Shown piece by piece: positions 20,516 to 30,538 of a DNA stretch of 64,000 bases. The DNA lies in the NCBI GenBank assembly GCA_965198175.1, contig OZ240245.1, forward strand, positions 1,664,001 to 1,728,000. The letters run 5' to 3'. A model generated the notes under the pieces. The model worked only from the letters and a program-made list of their open reading frames with translations, was not told where the DNA came from and did no database searches. The position numbers were made by a program, and so were the translations under genes. This DNA comes from Candidatus Poribacteria bacterium. GTDB taxonomy: Bacteria > Poribacteria > WGA-4E > PCPOR2b. Each line of letters opens with the position of its first letter. The stretch's first letter is position 1.

Positions 20516-21606
20516 TAGGAGTTACGCGGAGCAGATAGACACGGACAGTAAAAAGCAGTAAAATAAGGAACGAGGAGGTAAGTATGGTGAAACCAACCCG
20601 GCTTGATTACTGTCAGTATCTGCTGAGCAGTCCAATTAACTATACCTTAACGCACTTCGCCGACCACAGCGAAGATTTCAGTCATGATATGATAAACCGT
20701 TATCTGGCGGGAGATTGTATTCCTCCTCGCTTGGTGTGGGAAAACGTTAAACCTCATCTGGTTCAAGTTGAAGAAGGATATGTCATCTTTGATGACACGG
20801 TTTTAGATAAAAAGCACGCTAGGCATATTGAGTTAGTACGTCGTCAATACAGTGGCAACGCCCGGGGTGTTATCAACGGCATCGGAGTAGTTACTTGTGT
20901 CTATGTGAATCCACTGCTAGACCGTTTCTGGGTAATTGACTACCGGATTTACGACCCAGAAGGAGACGGCAAAACGAAGTTAGACCACGTCAGAGACATG
21001 TTATCTCTACTGGTCTACCAGAGACAACTTCTCTTTCAAGCAGTGCTAATGGACAGTTGGTATGCTACCAAAACCGTGATGCTACACATTGAAAACTTGG
21101 GAAAAGTCTACTACTGCCCACTAAAAACCAATCGGCTGGTTGACGATTCAAACGCCAATAAACCGTACCAACGCATTGACAACTTAGCTTGGACACCGAC
21201 CGAACTTCATGAAGGCAAACGTATCAAAATCAAAGGGTTTCCCAGAGACCACAAGGTGAAATTATTTCGGGTGGCGTCTGATACCGGACGCACGGATTAT
21301 GTCGTCACTAACGACTTAGCACAAAACGACACTTCAGTGACACAACAGGCGTGTAACTGGCGGTGGAAGATTGAGCAATTTCACCGTGAAGCCAAACAAC
21401 TCACCGGTCTCGAAAAATGTCAATGTCGATTGGCACGGATTGTTCGCAACCATATCGGTTGTGCATTGTTAGTTTGGATTCGACTTGCAACTATGGCGTA
21501 CCAGACTGGACGAACCATTTATCAGGTTAAACACGGGATGCTGCAAGCGTATTTACGACAACAGTTAAAATCTCCGGCTATTAACATGGTGCTTGCGTAA
21601 GTCCTA
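20516..21606 (+). mobile_element. IS701-family insertion sequence
   Basis: Terminal inverted repeats TAGGAGTTACGC / GCGTAAGTCCTA around a DDE transposase. Confidence 0.8.
20584..21600 (+). CDS. IS701-family transposase
   Basis: FDDTVLDK, QYSG, MDSWY, RWKIEQFHREAKQ motifs. Confidence 0.88.
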   Translation: MVKPTRLDYCQYLLSSPINYTLTHFADHSEDFSHDMINRYLAGDCIPPRLVWENVKPHLVQVEEGYVIFDDTVLDKKHARHIELVRRQYSGNARGVINGIGVVTCVYVNPLLDRFWVIDYRIYDPEGDGKTKLDHVRDMLSLLVYQRQLLFQAVLMDSWYATKTVMLHIENLGKVYYCPLKTNRLVDDSNANKPYQRIDNLAWTPTELHEGKRIKIKGFPRDHKVKLFRVASDTGRTDYVVTNDLAQNDTSVTQQACNWRWKIEQFHREAKQLTGLEKCQCRLARIVRNHIGCALLVWIRLATMAYQTGRTIYQVKHGMLQAYLRQQLKSPAINMVLA

Positions 21607-21617
21607 TTATTGTTAGA

Positions 21618-21932
21618 ATGAGCATTTTCAACAAGTTGAATTTTTCAGTTGTCTTGGGTGTTAAGGTTCCCCCGCCGAAAAAGCTTTTTCGACTTAAACG
21701 CTACAACGGTGACTACCATTTACACACCAACACAATTGAAGAGCAAGAAGTAGAGGGTTTTCACATTCACACCGCGACAGAGAAATATCAGATGAACGGG
21801 ACAAGAGAGGAAGATTACGCTGAACCGACAAAACGCTTTAATGATGTCAACGGTGCTTTGACATGTCTTTTTGCGGATGCAAATTTTGAAGACCCTTATG
21901 AGTTACAGGGCACCTTATTTGAGGAGGGCTAA
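21618..21932 (+). CDS. Hypothetical protein upstream of the DUF1828 gene; possibly 5'-truncated by the IS
   Basis: LKRYNG..HTN..FHIH..TE motif; lies 11 nt from the IS end with no SD. Confidence 0.5.
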   Translation: MSIFNKLNFSVVLGVKVPPPKKLFRLKRYNGDYHLHTNTIEEQEVEGFHIHTATEKYQMNGTREEDYAEPTKRFNDVNGALTCLFADANFEDPYELQGTLFEEG

Positions 21933-21935
21933 GCA

Positions 21936-22706
21936 ATGTCGATAAAATCTATAGAACAAGACTTTATTGATAAAGTCTCGGCGAAGGTTCGGGTTTTACC
22001 TGATGGCATGGACCGTTTTCGCGTGTTTACCCCTTTCCGGTTTGACGACGGCGACCATATAACCATCGTTCTAAAAAAAGAACAAGCCAGTTGGGTACTC
22101 TCGGACGAAGGGCATACCTACATGCACCTTACCTACGATATTAGTGAAAAGAAATTATTTAGTGGAACACGCCATCAAATTATATTGAACGCCCTATCTA
22201 CGTTTAAGGTTGAAGATCGTTTTGGCGAACTAATTTTTAAGATTCGGGATGCGCGCTTTGGTGATGCGTTATACTCCTTTGCTCAAGCACTTGTGAGAAT
22301 AGGTGATGTCTTGTGCTTGTCAACGCAGAATGTACAATCTACATTTATGGATGACTTTCAGGCACTGTTGTATGAAAATGTTCCGGAGCCGCGCAGGAAT
22401 TTCAACTGGAGCCATCCAGAACATGATCCCGAATGCATATACTCAGTAGATTGCCGAATCAACGGAATGCCGGAGTCACTCTTCGTGTATGCGCTCCCTA
22501 GTAACACTAGGGTCAGAGACGCCACAATTGCGCTGCAACAATTCAAAGCGTGGGATATACCATTTTGTCCACTGGGCATCTTTGACGATCGGGAGGAATA
22601 CAGTCGCAAAGTACTGGCGCGCTTCAATCCAGTGTGCGAGAAGCAGTTTCCCAAGTTTTACGAAAACCGAGAAGAGATTGGAGATTATCTAGGTCGGTAT
22701 ATCTGA
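21936..22706 (+). CDS. DUF1828 (+DUF1829-like) domain protein
   Basis: TPFRFDDGDHI..LSDEGHT signature; GAGG SD. Confidence 0.7.
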   Translation: MSIKSIEQDFIDKVSAKVRVLPDGMDRFRVFTPFRFDDGDHITIVLKKEQASWVLSDEGHTYMHLTYDISEKKLFSGTRHQIILNALSTFKVEDRFGELIFKIRDARFGDALYSFAQALVRIGDVLCLSTQNVQSTFMDDFQALLYENVPEPRRNFNWSHPEHDPECIYSVDCRINGMPESLFVYALPSNTRVRDATIALQQFKAWDIPFCPLGIFDDREEYSRKVLARFNPVCEKQFPKFYENREEIGDYLGRYI

Positions 22707-22895
22707 GAATTCCCAGATTTACAACAACATTGCGGAATCGGATTGAAGGAGATTCATGATTGGGTAGCGCCAGAAGTTTATCGGGTTGTAGCGCGACTAG
22801 AGGCTGAACGCAAGAAAAGCGACATTCAGCCTCTTGTGGAAAGGCTGCAAGATATTTTATTGACATGGCGCAAGTAATTTAATGGGAGCAGCGAA

Positions 22896-25800
22896 ATGGA
22901 CACGATAGGACAAAAGGAATTCTTGACACAGCGGCGCGTGATTTCATTCTTCCAACTTGCCCTGGGCTATAACTCTCTTGGCAATTGGAAGGAGCGCACC
23001 GGCAATCGCAACGTCGAGGATAAGCATCTCATCCGCTGGTTGAAGGATCAGGGGCACAGTGACAAAATCATTGAGAGAGCTGTATCTCAGGTACATAAGG
23101 CTGCCGCGCTCGGCGGGAGCAGAACGCTCTATGACGCTAACCGCGAGGTCTATGGCTTGCTCCGATACGGCGTAAAGGTTCAGCCTGAAGTGGGCGAGCA
23201 ACACAAGACGGTTTGGCTCATCGACTGGGAAAACCCCACCAACAACCACTTCGGCATCGCCGAGGAGGTGACCGTTTCCGGGGAAAACGTCAAGCGCCCC
23301 GACATCGTGCTCTACGTCAACGGAATTGCGCTCGGAGTGCTGGAATTAAAGCGTTCCACGGTGTCGGTTGCCGAGGGCATCCGCCAGAACCTCGACAACC
23401 AAAAGCCGGAATTTATCGGTCACTTCTTTTCGACGGTGCAACTTTTAATGGCGGGGAACACGAGCGAGGGAGTACGCTACGGTGTGATTGGGACGCCTGA
23501 GAAACACTGGCTGCGCTGGAAAGAAACCGACGACATTACCGACGACCCCTTGCTTCGGGAGTTACGTCAACTCTGTAACAAGGAACGGATGCTTGAACTG
23601 CTGCACGACTTCGTCGTTTTCGATGCCGGGATGAAGAAAATCTGCCGTCATAATCAGTATTTCGGCGTGAAGGCGGCACAAGCGCGCATCAAGAAGCGGG
23701 AGGGCGGCATCATCTGGCATGCACAAGGCAGCGGAAAGAGCCTGACTATGGTCTGGTTAGCGAAATGGATTCGCGAGAACGTGACCAATGGTCGTGCACT
23801 GATTATCACGGACCGCACCGAACTCGATGAACAGATTGAGAGGGTTTTCAAGGGCGTCAACGAGGATATCTACCGTACTCAGAGCGGTACTGACTTGGTA
23901 GGCGCACTGGGTGACACGACTAAATGGTTAGTCTGTTCGCTAATCCACAAGTTCGGAAAGTCGGGGGAAATTAGTGACCAAGATGTGGAGAAATATGTTG
24001 AGGAAATCAAACAGAATCTGCCCGCCGATTTTCACCCCCGCGGCGAGTTATTCGTCTTTGTGGATGAATGCCACCGCACACAGTCGGGCAAACTCCACAA
24101 GGCGATGAAGGCTATTTTACCGGGGGCAATGTCTATCGGCTTCACCGGCACCCCACTGCTCAAGCGCGACAAACCCCAGAGTATCGAAACCTTCGGTCCG
24201 TACATCCACACCTACAAGTACGACGAGGCGGTTGAAGATAACGTTGTCCTTGACCTACGTTATGAGGCACGGGACATTGACCAGCACATCACCTCGCAGA
24301 AACGGATTGATGAGTGGTTTGATCGCAAGACACGTGGGTTGGCTGATGTGCCAAAGGCACAACTCAAACAGCGTTGGGGCACGATGCAGAAAGTCCTGAG
24401 TTCACGGGATAGGTTGAACCAGATTGTCGCTGATATTCTGATGGACATGGAGAGACGCGATCGATTAGTGAGCGGTCGAGGAAACGCAATGCTGATATCC
24501 GACAGCATTTACTCGGCATGCCGGTTTTATGAGATGTTTCAGGGAACTCCACTGCAGGGTAAATGCGCTATTGTGACCTCCTACAATCCGTCTCCGTCTG
24601 CCATCAAAGGTGAGGAAACTGGCGAGGGATTAACCGAAAAACTTCTCAAATATAACATCTACCGGAAGATGCTCGCGGCGCACTTTGGCGAACCGGAAAA
24701 CGCTGCGATGCACAAGGCAGATCTGTTCGAGCAAGAGGTCAAGAAGCGTTTCGTCGAAGAGCCGAGACAGATGAAACTCCTGATTGTTGTGGACAAACTG
24801 CTAACCGGTTTCGACGCTCCGCCAGCGACTTATCTGTACATTGATAAGCACATGCAGGACCACGGTCTGTTTCAGGCAATCTGCCGGGTCAACCGTCTTG
24901 ACGGCGAAGACAAGGAATACGGCTACATCATCGACTACAAGGACCTGTTCCGCTCACTAGAACAGTCAATCTCGGACTACACCGGAGAAGCCTTCGCCGC
25001 TTACGACCCGGAAGACGTACAGGGGCTGCTGGAAAACCGACTTGAGAAGGCACGCGAACGGCTTGAGGAGGTACGCGAGGCAGTCAAGGCGCTCTGCGAA
25101 CCGGTTGAACCGCCACGCGACACGGCGGCTTACCTGCGTTTCTTCTGCGCCGTCGAGAGCGGCAACGCCGAGCAGCTTAAAGCCAACGAGCAAAAGCGCC
25201 TAACCCTCTACAAACTGGTTGCGGGGTTCCTTCGCGCCTACGCCAATGTAGCTAACGAGATGTGTGAGGCGGGTTATAGCCATGCCGAGGCACAGGAAAT
25301 CAGAGACGGAGTGGACTACTACGAGAAGGTGCGGCAGGAAGTCAAGCTGGCGAGCGGCGACTATATTGACCTGAAAATGTATGAACCAGCTATGCGTCAT
25401 CTGCTGGACACCTACATCCGGGCGGAGGAGAGTGAGACACTCTCCGAGTTCGATGACCTGACGCTGGTGGAACTGATTGTTAAGCGTGGCGAAGCCGCAG
25501 TTGATTTGCTGCCCGGGGGAATCAAGAAAAATCGCAAAACCGCGGCGGAAACGATTGACAATAATGTCCGTCGGGTGATTATCGACCGGACTCCAGAGAA
25601 TCCCAAATATTATGAGAACATGTCCAAGTTGCTTGATGCTCTTATCCAACAGCGAAAAGAGGAAGCAATTGACTACAGAACGTATCTGGCTAAAATCGTC
25701 GAACTGACTAAGCGGATCGATACCTATGAGACTAGGAAATCCTATCCTCCTGAAATTAACAGCGGAGCGCAACGGGCGTTATTCGACAACATAGAGATAT

Positions 25801-26051
25801 CCGACGATTCGGAGATTGCAGAGACGCTCGGTCAGAACGAAAGTTCCCGATACCGAGTGATCAGAGCGCGGGCAGCAATTGCACTGGATCAGGCTATCCT
25901 CAATTCGAAGGAAGACGATTGGAGAGGACACAGACTCAAAGAACGGAAAGTACGCCAAGCAATGGCTAAGGTTGTCGCGCAAGAATTTAGTGAGTTCGCT
26001 GTTGACCTTAACGCCCTCTTTGAGCTAGTGAAGAATCAGCATGAGTATTGA
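22896..26051 (+). CDS. hsdR: Type I restriction endonuclease subunit R
   Basis: RPDIVLYVNG..ELK nuclease; WHAQGSGKS, DECHR, FTGTP, LLTGFD and QAICRVNR helicase motifs. Confidence 0.93.
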   Translation: MDTIGQKEFLTQRRVISFFQLALGYNSLGNWKERTGNRNVEDKHLIRWLKDQGHSDKIIERAVSQVHKAAALGGSRTLYDANREVYGLLRYGVKVQPEVGEQHKTVWLIDWENPTNNHFGIAEEVTVSGENVKRPDIVLYVNGIALGVLELKRSTVSVAEGIRQNLDNQKPEFIGHFFSTVQLLMAGNTSEGVRYGVIGTPEKHWLRWKETDDITDDPLLRELRQLCNKERMLELLHDFVVFDAGMKKICRHNQYFGVKAAQARIKKREGGIIWHAQGSGKSLTMVWLAKWIRENVTNGRALIITDRTELDEQIERVFKGVNEDIYRTQSGTDLVGALGDTTKWLVCSLIHKFGKSGEISDQDVEKYVEEIKQNLPADFHPRGELFVFVDECHRTQSGKLHKAMKAILPGAMSIGFTGTPLLKRDKPQSIETFGPYIHTYKYDEAVEDNVVLDLRYEARDIDQHITSQKRIDEWFDRKTRGLADVPKAQLKQRWGTMQKVLSSRDRLNQIVADILMDMERRDRLVSGRGNAMLISDSIYSACRFYEMFQGTPLQGKCAIVTSYNPSPSAIKGEETGEGLTEKLLKYNIYRKMLAAHFGEPENAAMHKADLFEQEVKKRFVEEPRQMKLLIVVDKLLTGFDAPPATYLYIDKHMQDHGLFQAICRVNRLDGEDKEYGYIIDYKDLFRSLEQSISDYTGEAFAAYDPEDVQGLLENRLEKARERLEEVREAVKALCEPVEPPRDTAAYLRFFCAVESGNAEQLKANEQKRLTLYKLVAGFLRAYANVANEMCEAGYSHAEAQEIRDGVDYYEKVRQEVKLASGDYIDLKMYEPAMRHLLDTYIRAEESETLSEFDDLTLVELIVKRGEAAVDLLPGGIKKNRKTAAETIDNNVRRVIIDRTPENPKYYENMSKLLDALIQQRKEEAIDYRTYLAKIVELTKRIDTYETRKSYPPEINSGAQRALFDNIEISDDSEIAETLGQNESSRYRVIRARAAIALDQAILNSKEDDWRGHRLKERKVRQAMAKVVAQEFSEFAVDLNALFELVKNQHEY

Positions 26052-26775
26052 GATTGATAGTCGACGTATAGAAGTCGCAGGAATACCGGTAGAAGTTGTT
26101 CGCAAGGAGATTAAGAACCTCCATGTCGGCGTCTATCCCCCGAGTGGTCGGGTTCGGGTGGCGGCTCCTCTGCGCCTTGATGATGAGGCGGTGCGGCTCG
26201 CCCTCATTTCACGCCTTGGATGGATTCGCCGTAAACAGGCGGAGTTCCAACAACAGGTTCGTCAATCTCAGCGCGAGTTCGTAACCGGTGAGAGTCACTA
26301 CTTCGAAGGCAGACGCTACCGGCTCAATGTGATCGAGCGCAACGCGCCACCAACGGTTAAACTGCGCAACAACACAACACTTGAATTAGGTGTTCGCCCG
26401 AACTCTGACCGCGAAGTAAGGGAAGCGGTGCTTCACCGTTGGTATCGCCGCCACCTGCGTGATCAGTTGCCGCCACTCATCGCCAAATGGGAAGCGGAGG
26501 TCGGTGTGACTGTGCATGATGTGCGGATCAAGAAAATGAAAACGCTCTGGGGATCTTGTAACATTGAAGCCAAACGAATCTGGCTAAATCTCGAACTAGC
26601 GAAAAAACCGAGTTCATGTCTGGTGTACATCTTCGTGCACGAAATGGTACATATCCTTGAGCGTCAGCATAACGATCGGTTTCGCGAGTTGATGGATAAC
26701 TTCATTCCACTATGGCGCACCTATCGGGACGAACTGAATCGTGCGCCGCTTTCTCATGAGAATTGGCGATATTGA
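26041..26775 (+). CDS. M48/YgjP-like (DUF45) zinc metallopeptidase
   Basis: WGSC and HEMVH...H motifs; overlaps the hsdR stop, a typical neighbour. Confidence 0.85.
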   Translation: MSIEIDSRRIEVAGIPVEVVRKEIKNLHVGVYPPSGRVRVAAPLRLDDEAVRLALISRLGWIRRKQAEFQQQVRQSQREFVTGESHYFEGRRYRLNVIERNAPPTVKLRNNTTLELGVRPNSDREVREAVLHRWYRRHLRDQLPPLIAKWEAEVGVTVHDVRIKKMKTLWGSCNIEAKRIWLNLELAKKPSSCLVYIFVHEMVHILERQHNDRFRELMDNFIPLWRTYRDELNRAPLSHENWRY

Positions 26776-26824
26776 ATACAATCGCCATCACATGACATCC
26801 TAGCCGGCGAGTCGCGAGAAATCC

Positions 26825-27013
26825 CCCTTGCATTGCGTCGCCGTCGATGCGATATTGGTTTCGCCAGCAGATCTTGAGCGATACAAGGACAGCCACGCTT
26901 TGGTCATCAAGCCTGCCTTGCAGGAAGGTAGGTTCGTGTGTGAGGCTGCCTGAAGATTTCCGCCCGATGATTCGTGAGAAGGGTTAAACTGCGCCAGAAG
27001 CAATCGAGTTTGG
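26825..27013 (+). pseudogene. Relic of an MNT-HEPN pair (MNT C-terminus plus HEPN N-terminus)
   Basis: VAVDAILVSPADLERYKDSHALVIKPALQEGRFVCEAA* followed by RFPPDDS*EGLNCARSN. Confidence 0.5.
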
Positions 27014-27033
27014 GTTGACAAGGAGGTTATGGC

Positions 27034-27876
27034 ATGACTAAGGAAGGAACTATTCCCGAGGCATCGGATTTTCTTCAGTTAGTTTGGCGTCAAGAGGATG
27101 ACTGTGAAGTCGAGACCGGTAAGGCGCTCAATGAACTTGGAATGAAGGCTCCCGCCTGTCTTCAACAAATTGGCACAGTGCTTTCGCTTGCCGATCGAAT
27201 GGCTTCCTGTTGGTGGGAATGCCGCGGCGGCGACCATGTCATCGAGTACATTTGTGGAAGAGTCACATCGAACGCCCGTGCAGCATTACGCCTGCTCAGA
27301 TTCGGCTTCTACGACGAATCATTGCTCCTGAGTAGGTCGTTAGGTGAGACCGCGAATCTTCTACAATTGTTCTTTCAAGAAGCGGGAATTCTTCAAGATT
27401 GGAAAGCGTCATCCAAAAAGGAGCGGATGGGGAATTTCAGCCCCGTGAAGGTTCGACTCCGACTGGAAGAACTTCAGACAACTCCAGTGATTGATCAGGA
27501 ACGATACAGTCTATTGTGCGAGCGAGCAGCGCACGTGCAACCTGAAACCCGACCTCAAGCACACAATATCTTGGGCCTCCCGATGGTAGGCGCAAGCTTT
27601 CAGGAAGAAGGCGCATTAATGTGTTTGAACGAGATTGCGTTGCCTCTGGCAACTGCGGTTTTATTCGGTGCGGCAGTTTTGGATTTGGACGAAAAGATTA
27701 AGAGCGAAATATTTGCCGCCACGAAGGGTCTTGTAGAGAAGGTCGGCGGCGCGACGATTACGACTATCGATGATTACCACAGCCGTGTTCTCGAAGATCC
27801 GCAGGCCCGCAATGCGATCAATAAGGTGGCTAATCTTCTCCGACGAATACAGTCCGCTAGGTCAACTCGTGCGTAG
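27034..27876 (+). CDS. Hypothetical all-helical protein (DUF5677/HEPN-like?)
   Basis: 280-aa ORF with AGGAGG SD; RSLGE and YSLLCERAAH motifs. Confidence 0.5.
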   Translation: MTKEGTIPEASDFLQLVWRQEDDCEVETGKALNELGMKAPACLQQIGTVLSLADRMASCWWECRGGDHVIEYICGRVTSNARAALRLLRFGFYDESLLLSRSLGETANLLQLFFQEAGILQDWKASSKKERMGNFSPVKVRLRLEELQTTPVIDQERYSLLCERAAHVQPETRPQAHNILGLPMVGASFQEEGALMCLNEIALPLATAVLFGAAVLDLDEKIKSEIFAATKGLVEKVGGATITTIDDYHSRVLEDPQARNAINKVANLLRRIQSARSTRA

Positions 27877-28015
27877 TCACCTCAAATCGGCGGGAATCCC
27901 GCACTACCTATATAATCCTCACGACCATAGCCTCGTTACCTTGGTGCTGGGCGAGGAAGCGGAACTGTGGCGGTCGTTCTAAATCCGATCGAGTTTTTCT
28001 TCAGCGGCATTAACG

Positions 28016-28044
28016 TTGACTCCGCGCTAAAGCAATGTTATAAC
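28016..28044 (+). promoter_or_regulatory. sigma70-type promoter
   Basis: TTGACT-17nt-TATAAC with extended TG. Confidence 0.55.
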
Positions 28045-28088
28045 AATGAACATCGACAGGTTCTAGCACTTTTCTGTAGGAGGAATTT

Positions 28089-28511
28089 ATGGCTCTAAAC
28101 ACGTACTTAACTTTTGAAGATAACTGCCGCGAGGCGTTTGAGTTCTACCAATCCATCTTCGGCGGCGAGTTCGCATTCATCTCGACATTCCGTGAAGGTC
28201 CAGAAGACATGGAGATCCCGGAGGAGGAACTTGACCGCATCATGCACGTCTCTCTCCCGATTGGGTCAAGCGTCCTCATGGGCAGCGACAGTTGTTCATC
28301 GTTCGGTCCCCCGCCCGCCGTAGGGAACAACTTCTCGCTCTCCTTCGAGGCAGAGGGCAAAGAGCATGCGGACGAGATTTTCGCGAAGCTGTCAGACGGC
28401 GGCACGGTGAGTATGCCGATGGCTGACGCTTTCTGGGGCGCATACTTCGGCGCTTGCACCGACAAATTCGGCATCAACTGGCAGGTTATCGCCGAGCAAT
28501 CGCAAGACTGA
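28089..28511 (+). CDS. VOC family protein, PhnB-like
   Basis: YLTF..NCREAFEFY, IMH, FWGAYFG..TDKFGINW. Confidence 0.85.
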   Translation: MALNTYLTFEDNCREAFEFYQSIFGGEFAFISTFREGPEDMEIPEEELDRIMHVSLPIGSSVLMGSDSCSSFGPPPAVGNNFSLSFEAEGKEHADEIFAKLSDGGTVSMPMADAFWGAYFGACTDKFGINWQVIAEQSQD

Positions 28512-28748
28512 ACAGGCACGCGTCCAACGGCACGTCATGTTTACCATTTTCTATCGGTGACAAAGCACGCGGGGCACACGGGTGAGCGCAACGTGTTTTC
28601 GAAAGTTAATGGGTTTGCCACAAACACGGCGTTGTTCGGGGGTTAACGGCATACGCCAGTTCATGCTACTCACCATTCGAACTTTCCCCCAATGTGATAT
28701 TCCCGAACACGGCTTCTACAGCAAAAGCAAAAAGATAACGAGGTCGAC

Positions 28749-29168
28749 ATGTCCAAAATCGAGAACCCTGATGTTGCGCGAGTATTCGACAGCTACCCGG
28801 AGCCTATACGCAAGAAAATGATGCGCCTCCGGCAACTCGTCTTGGACACGGCATTGGAGACGGAGGGCGTCGACGCGTTAGAGGAGACCCTGAAATGGGG
28901 TGAGCCCAGCTACCTCACCAAGGGCGGCAGCACTATCAGAATGGACTGGAAGGAAAGGACGCCGGACCAGTACGCGATGTACTTCAATTGCAACACGTCG
29001 TTGGTCAACACGTTCAAAGCGGTCTACGGGGATGTGTTCACATTCGAGGGCAATAGGGAAATTGTATTCGGCGAAATCGACGAGCTGCCTGTCAACGCGC
29101 TGAAGCACTGCATCTCGCTCGCTCTGACGTATCATCGTGTGAAACACTTACCGTCACTCGGCGCCTGA
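28749..29168 (+). CDS. DUF1801 (YdhG-like) protein
   Basis: EETLKWGEPSY, FNCNT, FEGNR. Confidence 0.8.
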   Translation: MSKIENPDVARVFDSYPEPIRKKMMRLRQLVLDTALETEGVDALEETLKWGEPSYLTKGGSTIRMDWKERTPDQYAMYFNCNTSLVNTFKAVYGDVFTFEGNREIVFGEIDELPVNALKHCISLALTYHRVKHLPSLGA

Positions 29169-29205
29169 CCGATACGCTCAGCGGTCCTTTTTCAGAAGGT
29201 ATCTC

Positions 29206-29853
29206 ATGGAAAAAATTGACTTCAAGAAGACGATGAAGGATCTCTATCGTGCCACGAACAAGGTGGAGCGCGTCAAGGCAGGCGAGGGTTCCTTTTTGGC
29301 AGTAGACGGGCAAGGAGCTCCTGGCGGCGAAGCGTTTGAAAAGGCGATTCAAGATCTCTACTCGGTTGCCTACACGGTGAAATTCTCTCTGAAAAAGGCG
29401 GGGACGATAGACTTTGTTGTCCCTCCTATGGAGGCGCTTTGGTACGACAATTCGGATGAAGTTCCTGACATGTCACAGTGGCGTTGGAGGACGTTAATCC
29501 GTGTGCCAGAGCGTGTGAAAAGCGAGCACATGCAAGCGGCGCAGGAAACAATCTTAGACAAGAAGGGAACTGACACCTCCAATGTCCGATTGGTAAGGTG
29601 GGCGGAATGTGAAAGCCTCCAGGTTCTACATATTGGACCGTACGACCAGGTGGGACCTATCTACGAACAACTTCACCGTAGAGCGCTAGTCGAAAACATC
29701 GCTCTGCAGCCTCCGGGACATGAGATCTATCTCAGCGATCCCCGTCGTACGGCACCGGACAAACTCAAGACAATTGTGCGGATGTCCATAGCTGGAGAAT
29801 CTCCGCCCAAAGTCGGCGGGGCAAGATGCCCCGCCTACGGAGAAAGAGATTGA
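29206..29853 (+). CDS. GyrI-like small-molecule-binding protein
   Basis: KIDFKK..K.LY, LHIGPYD, HEIYLSDPRRTAP.KLKT. Confidence 0.85.
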   Translation: MEKIDFKKTMKDLYRATNKVERVKAGEGSFLAVDGQGAPGGEAFEKAIQDLYSVAYTVKFSLKKAGTIDFVVPPMEALWYDNSDEVPDMSQWRWRTLIRVPERVKSEHMQAAQETILDKKGTDTSNVRLVRWAECESLQVLHIGPYDQVGPIYEQLHRRALVENIALQPPGHEIYLSDPRRTAPDKLKTIVRMSIAGESPPKVGGARCPAYGERD

Positions 29854-29902
29854 TATAATTAAAGCATCATACGCACTATTATTGAAGCGAAATGGTATAA
29901 CA

Positions 29903-30505
29903 ATGTCAAGTGAGAGAATTGTCGAGCTAGAAAGAAATATCGGCGAGTTAATGGGAGAGCTCAACGCGCTACGAAAGACTAACCCGGGGACGTCGGTTCC
30001 CAACTATACCTTCGAGACGCTGACCGGTCAGGTGTCGCTTCTCGAACTGTTCGGCGGAAAGGACAAGCTGCTGGCAATCCACAACATGGGGCAGGGCTGC
30101 CGCTATTGCACGTTGTGGGCGGACGGCTTCAACGGCTTGCTAGTCCATCTAGAATCGGCTCTGTCCGTGGTCCTGATCTCGAAGGATCCGCCGGAAGTTC
30201 AGCGCCGGTTTGCCAACGCGCGCGGCTGGCGGTTTCGCTTGGCGTCGCACGGAGGCGGGACATATATTCGTGAACAGTCGGTGTTTAAGGGAGATGACAA
30301 TTTCCCGGGCGCCGTGGTCTACGAACGGAAAGGTGACACCATCCTGCGCAAGAATTCGTGCGTGTTCGGACCTGGTGACCTGTATTGTTCAATGTGGAGC
30401 CTTCTCGGCTTGGCAGGACTCGGCGAAGAGGAGTGGACACCGCAGTACACCTATTGGCAGCGCCCCGCCGAACTGGATGACGGCGGCGCGAACGTGCTTG
30501 ACTGA
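29903..30505 (+). CDS. DUF899 thioredoxin-like protein
   Basis: SLLELFG, HNMGQGCRYCTLWADG (CxxC); start uncertain (29882 or 29903). Confidence 0.8.
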   Translation: MSSERIVELERNIGELMGELNALRKTNPGTSVPNYTFETLTGQVSLLELFGGKDKLLAIHNMGQGCRYCTLWADGFNGLLVHLESALSVVLISKDPPEVQRRFANARGWRFRLASHGGGTYIREQSVFKGDDNFPGAVVYERKGDTILRKNSCVFGPGDLYCSMWSLLGLAGLGEEEWTPQYTYWQRPAELDDGGANVLD

Positions 30506-30538
30506 GCGCGGTAACAAGCCGCTGCCGAGACTACCGAA

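Noticed and set aside
19106..22706. TGA recoding (selenocysteine or alternative code) suggested by two read-through frames
   Set aside because: TGA ends many genes here at their expected C-termini; no SECIS-like or Cys-aligned context is evident
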